Virus record (IMG/VR): IMGVR_UViG_3300032322_002674
Coordinates: 1 to 45,457 of that record
DNA: 45,457 nt
Source of the DNA: a virus
Lineage: Duplodnaviria; Heunggongvirae; Uroviricota; Caudoviricetes
Direction: 5' to 3' (one strand)
In this document: one piece after another, positions 18,711 to 26,316 of the stretch
Position numbering within the stretch: the first letter of the stretch is position 1
How the letters are laid out: the number at the start of each line of letters is the position of its first letter
Notes under the pieces: model-generated
Told to the model about the DNA's origin: nothing
The model's database searches: none
Seen by the model: the letters and a program-made list of their open reading frames with translations, nothing else
Translations under genes and position numbers: made by a program

Positions 18711-19519
18711 ATTGGTAATTTAACTTTTGAAAGAATTTTATTTGAAATATGAGTATATATTTCGGTAGTTTTTACATTTGAATGTCCTGCGATATTAGAT
18801 ATTATTTTTAAATCTGTTCCTGTTTCTAAAAGAGTTGTAAAACATGAATGACGCAGATTATGAATTGATGTTTTATAATCAATATATTTTTTATATATTT
18901 GTTGACAAGATTTTATAGAATATTTTCCTGAATTTTGTCCATTAAATAAATAAACTTTTGGTTTGTATATTTTATAATAATCACGAAGAAGATTTAAAAT
19001 ATTTTCTGATAATGGTACAATTCTATCTTTTTTTCCTTTTGAGTTTAATATATTTATAATCATTCTTTTTGAATCAATATCTTCGATTTTTAAGTTTACT
19101 ATTTCTGAAACTCTTAAACCTACTGAAAAACATAAAGATAATATTGTTTTATGTTTTAAGTTTTTTATATTATTAATTTTTTTAATAATTGTTTCTGAAT
19201 CAATTACTTTAGGTAATTTCTTTTCTTTTAAAGGTCGAATAAAAGAAATTTTATCATATTTTTTATTTAGGACTTCTTTATATAAAAATTTTAGGGAACT
19301 GATTATTTGATTTTGTTGTGAAGATGAAGAATAATTGTAATTTGTAACGTATTCTTGGAAATCAGAAGAATTTAATCTTGTAAATGATTTATTCTGTTTT
19401 TTAAAAAATTCACAAATATAATGTAAATAAATATTTTTAGTATTTTCAGAAAAACCCTTTAATTTCAATTTTTGGACACAAATTTCGTAATAGTTAGTTT
19501 CTTTCATATTGAAAATCAA
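18707..19519 (-). CDS. tyrosine recombinase (integron-like integrase) with N-terminal SAM-like domain
   Basis: Complete catalytic set: GLRVSE (R), KGKKDR (K), HNLRH (HxxR), AGH, TTEIYTH (Y). Likely ATG start at 19507. Lacks the IntI-specific insertion before the YLF patch. Confidence 0.93.
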   Translation of the reverse strand: MIFNMKETNYYEICVQKLKLKGFSENTKNIYLHYICEFFKKQNKSFTRLNSSDFQEYVTNYNYSSSSQQNQIISSLKFLYKEVLNKKYDKISFIRPLKEKKLPKVIDSETIIKKINNIKNLKHKTILSLCFSVGLRVSEIVNLKIEDIDSKRMIINILNSKGKKDRIVPLSENILNLLRDYYKIYKPKVYLFNGQNSGKYSIKSCQQIYKKYIDYKTSIHNLRHSCFTTLLETGTDLKIISNIAGHSNVKTTEIYTHISNKILSKVKLPI

Positions 19520-19559
19520 TTAGTTATGGGTAGTTAGATATATACAATAGTTAGTTGCA
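19511..19559 (+). other. attI-like primary recombination site
   Basis: Immediately 5' of the recombinase; three TAGTTA direct repeats (19521, 19531, 19548). The last gives GTTAGTTGCA (19550-19559), which is 9/10 complementary to TACAACTAAC (20338-20347) at the end of cassette 1. No hairpin. Confidence 0.68.
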
Positions 19560-19596
19560 ATTGCTACATTTGTTTTTAAATTAAACATTTGTGTAA

Positions 19597-20295
19597 ACAT
19601 TTTTATTCTTTTTTTTGCCTACACACTACAAAAATATAAAAATTTTTAGTAAAAAACAATTTTTTAATATATTTATATAAAAATAAAACAATTTTATATG
19701 AGAACAACAAAAATTACTTTAAATGAATTACGTAGCTTAATAAAACAGATTATTAAGGAAGAAAGAATGCTGAATGAATCCCTAAATAAAGATATTAGGG
19801 AATTTGGTAAGGATTTAGGAAAATATTTAACAAATTCTGGTTTTAAAGTTAAATTTATGAGTGGTAGAATGTCTGATGAAGATATGAAGCAAATAAAAAC
19901 GAACACAAATCTTGTGGGTTTAGTGTTAGACCAAAATGATTCACAACAATCCTTGTACATGCACTTCAATCCAAAAGACTTAAACAATATAGAAAAAATA
20001 GTTGATAAATTTCAATTATCACCATATAGAGGTAAAGTTATGTCTAAAGGTTGGACAAATAAACAAGTTGTTGGTGCATTAAATCCTGGAGATATTTTTA
20101 AGTGGGATAGTCAAAAGGATAGTGGTCTATATCAATTTTTTAGACTAAAAAAGGTTGACAGTAAAGTTTCCAATGTGTAACCCCAACACACAAAATTAAT
20201 AAAAAAATTTGGAAAAAAAACAACAGCCAGTTAGTGAAAGTTTAAGATTAAGAAATTATTTTAAATAATCCACCACACAAAAAGAATAAAAATGT
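19597..20295. repeat. 17-bp perfect inverted repeat flanking the cassette 1 gene
   Basis: ACATTTTTATTCTTTTT (19597-19613) / AAAAAGAATAAAAATGT (20279-20295). Confidence 0.7.
19698..20180 (+). CDS. cassette 1 protein, putative capsid-internal protein
   Basis: 160-aa ORF with its own ATATTTAT motif (19669-19676); leader MRTTKITLNELRSLIKQIIKEERMLNES has several (I/L)xE sites. Confidence 0.7.
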   Translation: MRTTKITLNELRSLIKQIIKEERMLNESLNKDIREFGKDLGKYLTNSGFKVKFMSGRMSDEDMKQIKTNTNLVGLVLDQNDSQQSLYMHFNPKDLNNIEKIVDKFQLSPYRGKVMSKGWTNKQVVGALNPGDIFKWDSQKDSGLYQFFRLKKVDSKVSNV

Positions 20296-20340
20296 CTTAG
20301 TGCTTTGATTGGAGTTCCGTAGTAAATAATCCGCAACTAC

Positions 20341-20395
20341 AACTAACAGCGTGTATAAAACATTAAAACGATTTTATACACGCAAAACGTTATGC
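20341..20395 (+). other. attC-like site 1 (55 bp)
   Basis: AACTAAC-A-GCGTGTATAAAA-loop-TTTTATACACGC-AAAAC-GTTATGC; 12-bp perfect stem. Confidence 0.85.
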
Positions 20396-20414
20396 GAAAA
20401 TTTGCTTACCACCC

Positions 20415-20741
20415 TCAATACTCCGAATGAACTTTAGGATTGATTTTTTCAATTTCTGCATACGCTTCTTCAAACTCTTTTGTAATGTGTGGCTTTATTG
20501 GCATCTGTTTCGCTATGTAAGCCATACACGCATCTATTCCTTTCCAACTATATTTTTTGTAAATAGGTAGCACCCATTCCAAATCTTGTGCATCTATCAA
20601 TACCATATCTGCACACGCATAATTGAAAAAATCATTGGCGTTCATAGCTATTCCAAATGAGCCTTTAATCAGCCCACGCAAATCATCGCATAACAGCACA
20701 TTGGCGTTATTGCTTTCCGTTTTCAAATTATCATTTTCCAT
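20415..20741 (-). CDS. cassette 2 hypothetical protein (antisense, starts inside attC2)
   Basis: 108-aa ORF; visibly more GC/CpG-rich than the backbone; ATG at 20741 lies in the hairpin loop. Confidence 0.75.
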   Translation of the reverse strand: MENDNLKTESNNANVLLCDDLRGLIKGSFGIAMNANDFFNYACADMVLIDAQDLEWVLPIYKKYSWKGIDACMAYIAKQMPIKPHITKEFEEAYAEIEKINPKVHSEY

Positions 20742-20808
20742 ATTATTAAATTTAGTGTTTCAATTAAGCATCTTTGTGGCAACAACGCCAGTCTGCAAAA
20801 CGTTATGT
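20688..20808 (+). other. attC-like site 2 (~121 bp)
   Basis: GCATAAC-A-GCACATTGGCGTTATTGC ... GCAACAACGCCAGTCTGC-AAAAC-GTTATGT; 15/18 stem. Confidence 0.85.
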
Positions 20809-20812
20809 TTAA

Positions 20813-21059
20813 TTAAAAATTATTACGTGGGAAGTACTCCAACCCAGTTTCACTTATCATTATATTGTCAACAAATTTTATATCAACTTCTTCGTATTGT
20901 AACTCACCATTATAATACCTTGATATATGTAGTTTTTCACCTGTTCCATATCTACATTCAACTGATGAAGTATCATCGTCCCATGTAGGACACCAATCAG
21001 GTATTTTAATTTTACTGGCTTTCTGCTTCGTTTGAAAGTTTTTTGTTTAAATTATCCAT
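20813..21059 (-). pseudogene. cassette 3 gene disrupted by an internal deletion/frameshift
   Basis: Leader MDNLNKKLSNEAESQ* (21059-21012) is out of frame with a ~69-codon body KASKIKIPDWCPTWDDD...EYFPRNNF* ending at 20813. Confidence 0.65.
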
Positions 21060-21122
21060 TGTTTTTCGTATTAAGTTTTGAGGTATTAATCAGCCACCTC
21101 GTTTAGCTGCCAAACGTTATGA
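21016..21122 (+). other. attC-like site 3 (left arm mostly deleted)
   Basis: Right arm AGCCACCTCGTTTAGCTGC-CAAAC-GTTATGA is intact; only TGGCT (21016-21020) of the left arm remains. Confidence 0.65.
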
Positions 21123-21446
21123 AACATTCTTCATCCTTCTATTGATGTTCGCTAAAATCATATCATACTCGATAAATATGACATCACCTTCTCGTTCATC
21201 ACTTTCTTTATATCTACTCGGTTTGTAAAAATCTCTAACCATTTGTTTAGCTTCGACATATTTACCTTCGTTTAATAATGGTTCAATTTGTTCTGATATG
21301 ATTTTAGCTAATTTCTCACCCATAACATCAATATATCTATAATATTCCAATGAACGTTTCATAACATCAGATATATTCAAGTTTTCTGATTCGGTTAATT
21401 TAAACTTGTTAAATTTGTCAATGTGTTGTCTCATTTCTTTACTCAT
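21117..21446 (-). CDS. cassette 4 hypothetical protein (antisense, starts inside attC4)
   Basis: 109-aa ORF; ATG in the attC4 loop; its TAA stop is the TTA of the GTTA core at 21116-21119. Confidence 0.75.
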   Translation of the reverse strand: MSKEMRQHIDKFNKFKLTESENLNISDVMKRSLEYYRYIDVMGEKLAKIISEQIEPLLNEGKYVEAKQMVRDFYKPSRYKESDEREGDVIFIEYDMILANINRRMKNVS

Positions 21447-21493
21447 AATTTTCTTTTATAAGAAAAAACTACATATATCTGTGTCCGTTATGT
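21359..21493 (+). other. attC-like site 4 (~135 bp)
   Basis: TCATAAC-AT-CAGATATAT..AGTTTT ... AAAACT..ATATATCTG-TGTCC-GTTATGT. Confidence 0.75.
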
Positions 21494-21636
21494 TCAATTT
21501 TTAAAAAATTATGAGTTTCTATTATTAAATTCTTCTGAACTAATTCTATCGTGGTAGGTATGGACATCACCACAATTACTACCGCATAATACTCTTTTTT
21601 AAGTGCTTCGTATTTCATAGGTATAAATTAATTTTT

Positions 21637-21896
21637 ACTAAATATAACAACAAATACTATACCATTTTCATCCTCAAAAGAAATTTTTCTGAAACTTTTG
21701 TATTAAACCGTAAGTTTAAATCTAATTCTCTTGTAAAATTTCTTTTAATCCATCCTTTGAATCAAATAAATAATCTGTGATGAAATATTTTACAATAACT
21801 TCCACCAACATTCTTCTGTAACTTTTGTTTTCTAATTCTAACATAATTTTAAGTTTTAATTTGTAAATTTTGTTTAACTAAATATAACAACAAATA
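21637..21896. repeat. 20-bp perfect direct repeat, 240 bp apart (possible minus-strand promoters)
   Basis: ACTAAATATAACAACAAATA at 21637-21656 and 21877-21896; each copy precedes a short minus-strand ORF (ATG 21618, 21844). Confidence 0.65.
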
Positions 21897-21918
21897 TAAG
21901 AAATAAATTTTGATTTGT

Positions 21919-22656
21919 CTAATGCAAAATTTCATAATCCCTTTCTTCTATATATCCTGTTTTAAAATATTGATAAACATCCTTATAATATTTTAATGAA
22001 TCTCTTATTTGTTTGGTATTCAGTTCAGTCATAGTTCTGATATATTCAAATATTAAATTTTTATTATATTTATTATTTCTTAAAAAATATTCTTGTATTT
22101 GATACCAGTTATCAAAAATATCAACAAGTGCCAAACCAACTTTTAATTCTTCTTTTGTCATATTTTTTTCATTTTCCTCAATTTTATCAGAAATCACAAC
22201 AGATAAATTTTTAAAAACCTCAATAATTAATTCATTATAATTTAAATTTAAAGTTTCAGTTTGTAAATCCTTTCTATCATTTTCCATTGTTTCAATATTG
22301 GATGGTGAAATATCTTCATAAGATGCATTAGTTTTAGTATTTTTCTTTGATTTATTAATTTGTACAATTAAATGTCTTTTAATGATTGTTCCAAAATAAG
22401 AATATGATTTTTTATTTTTTTCAGGTTTAAATTTATCCATTTTTGTTACTAAAAAAGATAAAACATCATTATGAGTATCATCATAATTTAAATCTGGACG
22501 ATATAGTTTATATCTTCTTATTATTGAATCGGTCATTTTTTTAAGAGGATTTTTTAAATGTTTATTAAAAATACTATTTCTTTCCTCTTGTGAATTACTT
22601 TCTAAGTACCTTACTACTGCATCCTCTTGTTCTTTACCCCAATATCCTTTTGCCAT
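21919..22656 (-). CDS. phage sigma-factor-like protein (sigma70 region 2; T4 gp55-like)
   Basis: DVLSFLVTKMDKFKPEKNKKSYSYFGTIIKR resembles the region 2.2-2.4 pattern (F-D-P-E-K..F-A-Y-F-T). Confidence 0.6.
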   Translation of the reverse strand: MAKGYWGKEQEDAVVRYLESNSQEERNSIFNKHLKNPLKKMTDSIIRRYKLYRPDLNYDDTHNDVLSFLVTKMDKFKPEKNKKSYSYFGTIIKRHLIVQINKSKKNTKTNASYEDISPSNIETMENDRKDLQTETLNLNYNELIIEVFKNLSVVISDKIEENEKNMTKEELKVGLALVDIFDNWYQIQEYFLRNNKYNKNLIFEYIRTMTELNTKQIRDSLKYYKDVYQYFKTGYIEERDYEILH

Positions 22657-22667
22657 TTTTTAAAATA

Positions 22668-23447
22668 TTATTTTCTATCTTCTGCAAAATAATATTCTTT
22701 TTTTGATATTTCGTAATATTCTTTTGCATCATTAGGGGTTAATTGTTCATCTTTGTCATTTTTATAAGACCAAAATAAACTACCTTCTCTCATGTTTGTA
22801 TGTTTATAACCAATTTTAGGAATTGTCATTACTTTATAACCATTGTAAGTTACTCTTAATAGAAACTCATAATTAAAATAAAGTTTAATAGATTTTTTAA
22901 GACCACCAACTTTTTCAAACATTTCTTTGTTAATTATTGCACCACTTGGATTAAAATTTGGATAATCTTGTAAAATATTATTATCTAAATAACCCAATTC
23001 ATCAGAAAATTGCATTGCCCAAACAGGTTCGTTAGTAAAAGAAATCATTTTACCATCAGTATTTACATCAACAGTAATGGGTAAAAAAACTGAAACATCA
23101 CCATAGGATTTAATATATTTCTCCCCATTTTTAATCCATATTTTACTCATTTCATCATCTACTTCAAGATAAGAAAAATAAGGTGTTTTTACTTCTTTTA
23201 CACCAACATTTATTTGTGTACAAAAATCTTTACTTTCTTTATTTTCAACAATTCTAACATCTAAATCCCCATAATTAAAATTATCAACAAATTTAATTAC
23301 ATCTTTACACAAACATCTAACCACTAAAACTTCATGAGGTTTTACTTGTTGTTCTTGTAAACTTTTTATTGCAGTTTTAAAATATTCTTCTACATTACCT
23401 TTTAATATATGTATTGGTATAATTACTGTTATATTATTACTTTTCAT
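22668..23447 (-). CDS. glycosyltransferase family 2 (GT-A)
   Basis: ITVIIPIH, AIKSLQEQ, EVLVV, INVGVKEVKTPYFSYLEVDD (DxD-like), FEKVGG. Confidence 0.82.
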   Translation of the reverse strand: MKSNNITVIIPIHILKGNVEEYFKTAIKSLQEQQVKPHEVLVVRCLCKDVIKFVDNFNYGDLDVRIVENKESKDFCTQINVGVKEVKTPYFSYLEVDDEMSKIWIKNGEKYIKSYGDVSVFLPITVDVNTDGKMISFTNEPVWAMQFSDELGYLDNNILQDYPNFNPSGAIINKEMFEKVGGLKKSIKLYFNYEFLLRVTYNGYKVMTIPKIGYKHTNMREGSLFWSYKNDKDEQLTPNDAKEYYEISKKEYYFAEDRK

Positions 23448-24513
23448 TTAATTCTTCATTTATTTCTAATAATTCTTTATGAACTTCAATTAGTTCTTTA
23501 AGTCTTTTTTCAAATATTTTTTCATAAACTTCTTTTGTTTTATTTTTACTCATTTCAAAAGAATATTGATTTTTTAATTTTAACATTTCTTCTTTAATGG
23601 TTTGATTATCATCATCTTCTAACCAATCTTTTAAGAAACCTGCAACCATATCAGGTATTTCTAAAACATTATTAACCCAGTAACCATTATTTTCAGTCAT
23701 CCATTCTGGTGTTAAATTTGGTATTTTACCAATAACAGGTACACCAGATTTCATAGATTCAACAGGGAAAGTACCAAAAGATGATATTTCATCAATCCAA
23801 ACTGATAAACAAGATTCAGATAAATGATTTGCAAATGTTTTTCTATCTAAACCACTTAATGTTTTAAAGGTAATCCATTTAAATTGTGGATGTTTTAAAT
23901 AAAATGTTTTTATTAAACGCATAATATCTCTGGTATTTCTACCTACTATTGATACGATTGGTTTTTGTGGTTTTTCAGATTCTTTAAAAAATTCAGGAAT
24001 ACCAACAGGTATTGAATAATATTCAACATCTTTAATAATTGTTTTTAAGTATTCTGAAACTGTTTCAGAGTTAGTAATTACTTCTGAAATACCATATTTA
24101 CTATAAGAAGTAGATGGTGGTAGATAATCAAAAACATAATCATAGTTATTACACATTATAATTCTATGACATGGCATTTTTTCTGTTTGTTCAATTACAT
24201 TAAAAAATAATTCTGGTATTACTAAAAAATCTTTAGGTGATATTTTAAGTTTTTGAGACTCAACAGAAATATGTGGTAAAGAAGAATATTCTTCACCTAA
24301 CCATTCTGTTACAGGAATGTAGTCATTTTTTTCATGTAAAATCCATGAATTATAACCTAATTCATTTAAAAATTTTGCCTGTTGATATATGTTTGCAACA
24401 GAACCTAATGGATTACCTTTTGTATCCATTACAAAGAAATATATATTAAAACTTTTATTACTAAATGAATTAATACTTTCTTCTAATAATTTTATTCTTT
24501 CTTTTTTTGTCAT
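23437..24513 (-). CDS. GT-B (GT4-like) glycosyltransferase
   Basis: FGTFPVESMKSGVPVIG...ENNGYWV nucleotide-sugar binding signature. Confidence 0.75.
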   Translation of the reverse strand: MTKKERIKLLEESINSFSNKSFNIYFFVMDTKGNPLGSVANIYQQAKFLNELGYNSWILHEKNDYIPVTEWLGEEYSSLPHISVESQKLKISPKDFLVIPELFFNVIEQTEKMPCHRIIMCNNYDYVFDYLPPSTSYSKYGISEVITNSETVSEYLKTIIKDVEYYSIPVGIPEFFKESEKPQKPIVSIVGRNTRDIMRLIKTFYLKHPQFKWITFKTLSGLDRKTFANHLSESCLSVWIDEISSFGTFPVESMKSGVPVIGKIPNLTPEWMTENNGYWVNNVLEIPDMVAGFLKDWLEDDDNQTIKEEMLKLKNQYSFEMSKNKTKEVYEKIFEKRLKELIEVHKELLEINEELNEK

Positions 24514-24516
24514 ATT

Positions 24517-24909
24517 TTATGATTCTTTTATAATATCATTTTTTAAAAGGGTATTAAAACTTAATTTAAAACCATAACTCATTTCACGTTCAAAATCTAA
24601 TTTACCATCTTTATTTTCTGCATTTAAAACAGTATCAACCATCATTCTTATAAAATCTAATTTAACAGTATCTAATACATAAAGTGGTTCATTCATAAAT
24701 TCTTGAATTTCTTTTTCTGTTGGTTTTTCAACATTTTCCTTTTCAATAGTTTCACTTGTTTCTTCTTCATCATATTTCATTGATAAAACATAATCCATAA
24801 TTTCACTATCGTTTTCTTCTATTCTTATCATATCTGATATTGCATTAATATCAATATAATAATCATGACCATCTATTTCAAAATATTCTTTTTGATTTTT
24901 GTTTCTCAT
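24517..24909 (-). CDS. hypothetical acidic protein
   Basis: 130-aa operonic ORF. Confidence 0.65.
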   Translation of the reverse strand: MRNKNQKEYFEIDGHDYYIDINAISDMIRIEENDSEIMDYVLSMKYDEEETSETIEKENVEKPTEKEIQEFMNEPLYVLDTVKLDFIRMMVDTVLNAENKDGKLDFEREMSYGFKLSFNTLLKNDIIKES

Positions 24910-25427
24910 AGTTTTTCTTTTAATTCTTTTAATGAATTTATGTTTTCTTCACAAACCCAATTTTTATTATTTTCTGTATTAAATTTAATAAATTTTTTAT
25001 TTTCAGGTTTTAAATCATATATCATTTTATTATCTGAAACTATTATATCACACTCATTCCACAAATCTGAATAAGTTTCAGTAAAAACAATATTTGGTAC
25101 GGTAGATGAATATTTTGATAAAAAAAATAATGTACTAGGTATTGCCTTACCAAATTCTCTGGATATTAATTTAATCTTAAAACCTTCTAATTGCAGATTA
25201 TTTAAATAATTAATTATATTATTTTCTGATTCATGTGCATGACCAAATATTTCAAGAGAATGTTCTTGAAATAAGAAATTAATAATATTATTTTTAAGGA
25301 ATTTTAATTCTTTAGAAAAGTCATAAGTGGTTACTTTTTTCTTTCTATTATGGTATTTATTTAATACCATATTTAACTTAGTTAAAGTATCCCTTAAACA
25401 ACCATCTATTGTAATACCTACTACCAT
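24906..25427 (-). CDS. HAD-superfamily 5'(3')-nucleotidase-like protein
   Basis: VGITIDGCLRD (motif I variant), IKLISRE (motif II), CDIIVSD (motif IV), FNTENN; TATATTTG box at 25446-25453. Confidence 0.6.
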   Translation of the reverse strand: MVVGITIDGCLRDTLTKLNMVLNKYHNRKKKVTTYDFSKELKFLKNNIINFLFQEHSLEIFGHAHESENNIINYLNNLQLEGFKIKLISREFGKAIPSTLFFLSKYSSTVPNIVFTETYSDLWNECDIIVSDNKMIYDLKPENKKFIKFNTENNKNWVCEENINSLKELKEKL

Positions 25428-25484
25428 AATTTGCACTTAATAATGCAAATATATGATAAAAAAAACAAATGTAAAGTAAAAAAA

Positions 25485-25949
25485 TTAAAAAATGTATAAA
25501 TGGAATAAATTTTGTATCATAGGATATTCTAATTCCATATAATCTTTAATCGTAGGTCTTGAGTATTCTTTTATTTTTATTTTTATCCTTTTTGTTCTAA
25601 CTTCCCATTCTTTTGTTTCATCATTAAAAAATAAGGTTTCATTATGGATTTTTGGTAAATGATAATATTCAAATGAAATTATTTTTTCATTAAAATTATA
25701 TACATCCATTATTTCAATTTTAAAACGAGAAGAATTTAAATACCATAACATACCTAATAATTGTATTAATAATTCAAATTCTTTAAATTTATTACTAAGT
25801 GAAACTATTAATAATGAATCATAAGAAACTGTTACTTCTAAATAGTCTTTATTTTCACTAAAAGATAAATCTAATGAATTTGCATCACAAAAAAGTTCTA
25901 TTTTCTTATAAACCTTTAAAATAGTATCAGAACATTTATTAAGAAACAT
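25485..25949 (-). CDS. hypothetical protein
   Basis: 154-aa ORF in a run of six similar-sized genes. Confidence 0.6.
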   Translation of the reverse strand: MFLNKCSDTILKVYKKIELFCDANSLDLSFSENKDYLEVTVSYDSLLIVSLSNKFKEFELLIQLLGMLWYLNSSRFKIEIMDVYNFNEKIISFEYYHLPKIHNETLFFNDETKEWEVRTKRIKIKIKEYSRPTIKDYMELEYPMIQNLFHLYIF

Positions 25950-25950
25950 A

Positions 25951-26316
25951 TTACAATTTTTTTAAGTATTTTATTATATCTTTTTTTGTTACTTCATAAT
26001 ATAATGTATCTTTAGAATCACTAAATATAAAAGAAAAATCATTAGTTTGAGATGAAACATATCTACAATTAAACTCCTCACCTGCATTTATGGTATTATT
26101 TTGTCTAAATAAAATAACTGCAAGTTTAAATAAAACTTCCCAAAAATTAAGGTAATTAATACTTTTAATTTTTTTCTTAAAAACAATATGTTCTTCTGTA
26201 AATAAGGATGGTATTTTAAATATTATAAAAATATCACCCTTTTGCATCATGTAATTTAAATCAAAATCATTTGAATACAATTGGAATAATCTGTTTATTT
26301 CTTTTTCATTCACCAT
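25951..26316 (-). CDS. hypothetical protein
   Basis: 121-aa operonic ORF. Confidence 0.6.
   Translation of the reverse strand: MVNEKEINRLFQLYSNDFDLNYMMQKGDIFIIFKIPSLFTEEHIVFKKKIKSINYLNFWEVLFKLAVILFRQNNTINAGEEFNCRYVSSQTNDFSFIFSDSKDTLYYEVTKKDIIKYLKKL

Larger units (their letters stand above)
18707..21493. mobile_element. integron-like element: recombinase + attI-like site + cassette array
   Basis: Recombinase oriented away from the array, GTTA core at 19550 and four attC-like hairpins ending in GTTAT at 20389, 20802, 21116 and 21487; self-complementary cassette ends. Confidence 0.82.

Noticed and set aside
18707-19519. Prophage integrase or XerC/XerD call
   Set aside because: No host-phage junction, tRNA target or repressor nearby; phage-like genes on both sides; the adjacent array explains it better. 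Gene symbol left blank.
19694-20988. ORFs 19694-19987 (-) and 20623-20988 (+)
   Set aside because: Antisense to cassette genes; the second crosses a cassette boundary and has non-protein-like composition.
21321-21336. Extra CATAACATCAATATAT resembling the attC4 left arm
   Set aside because: It lacks the complementarity to the cassette start shown by the 21356-21365 copy; likely a short local duplication or coincidence.
20341-21493. CRISPR array or simple intrinsic terminators as explanation for the repeated hairpins
   Set aside because: The repeats are not identical and the intervals are gene-sized. There are no U-tracts after the stems, and the conserved TAAC/GTTA cores with cassette-specific end complementarity are not terminator features.
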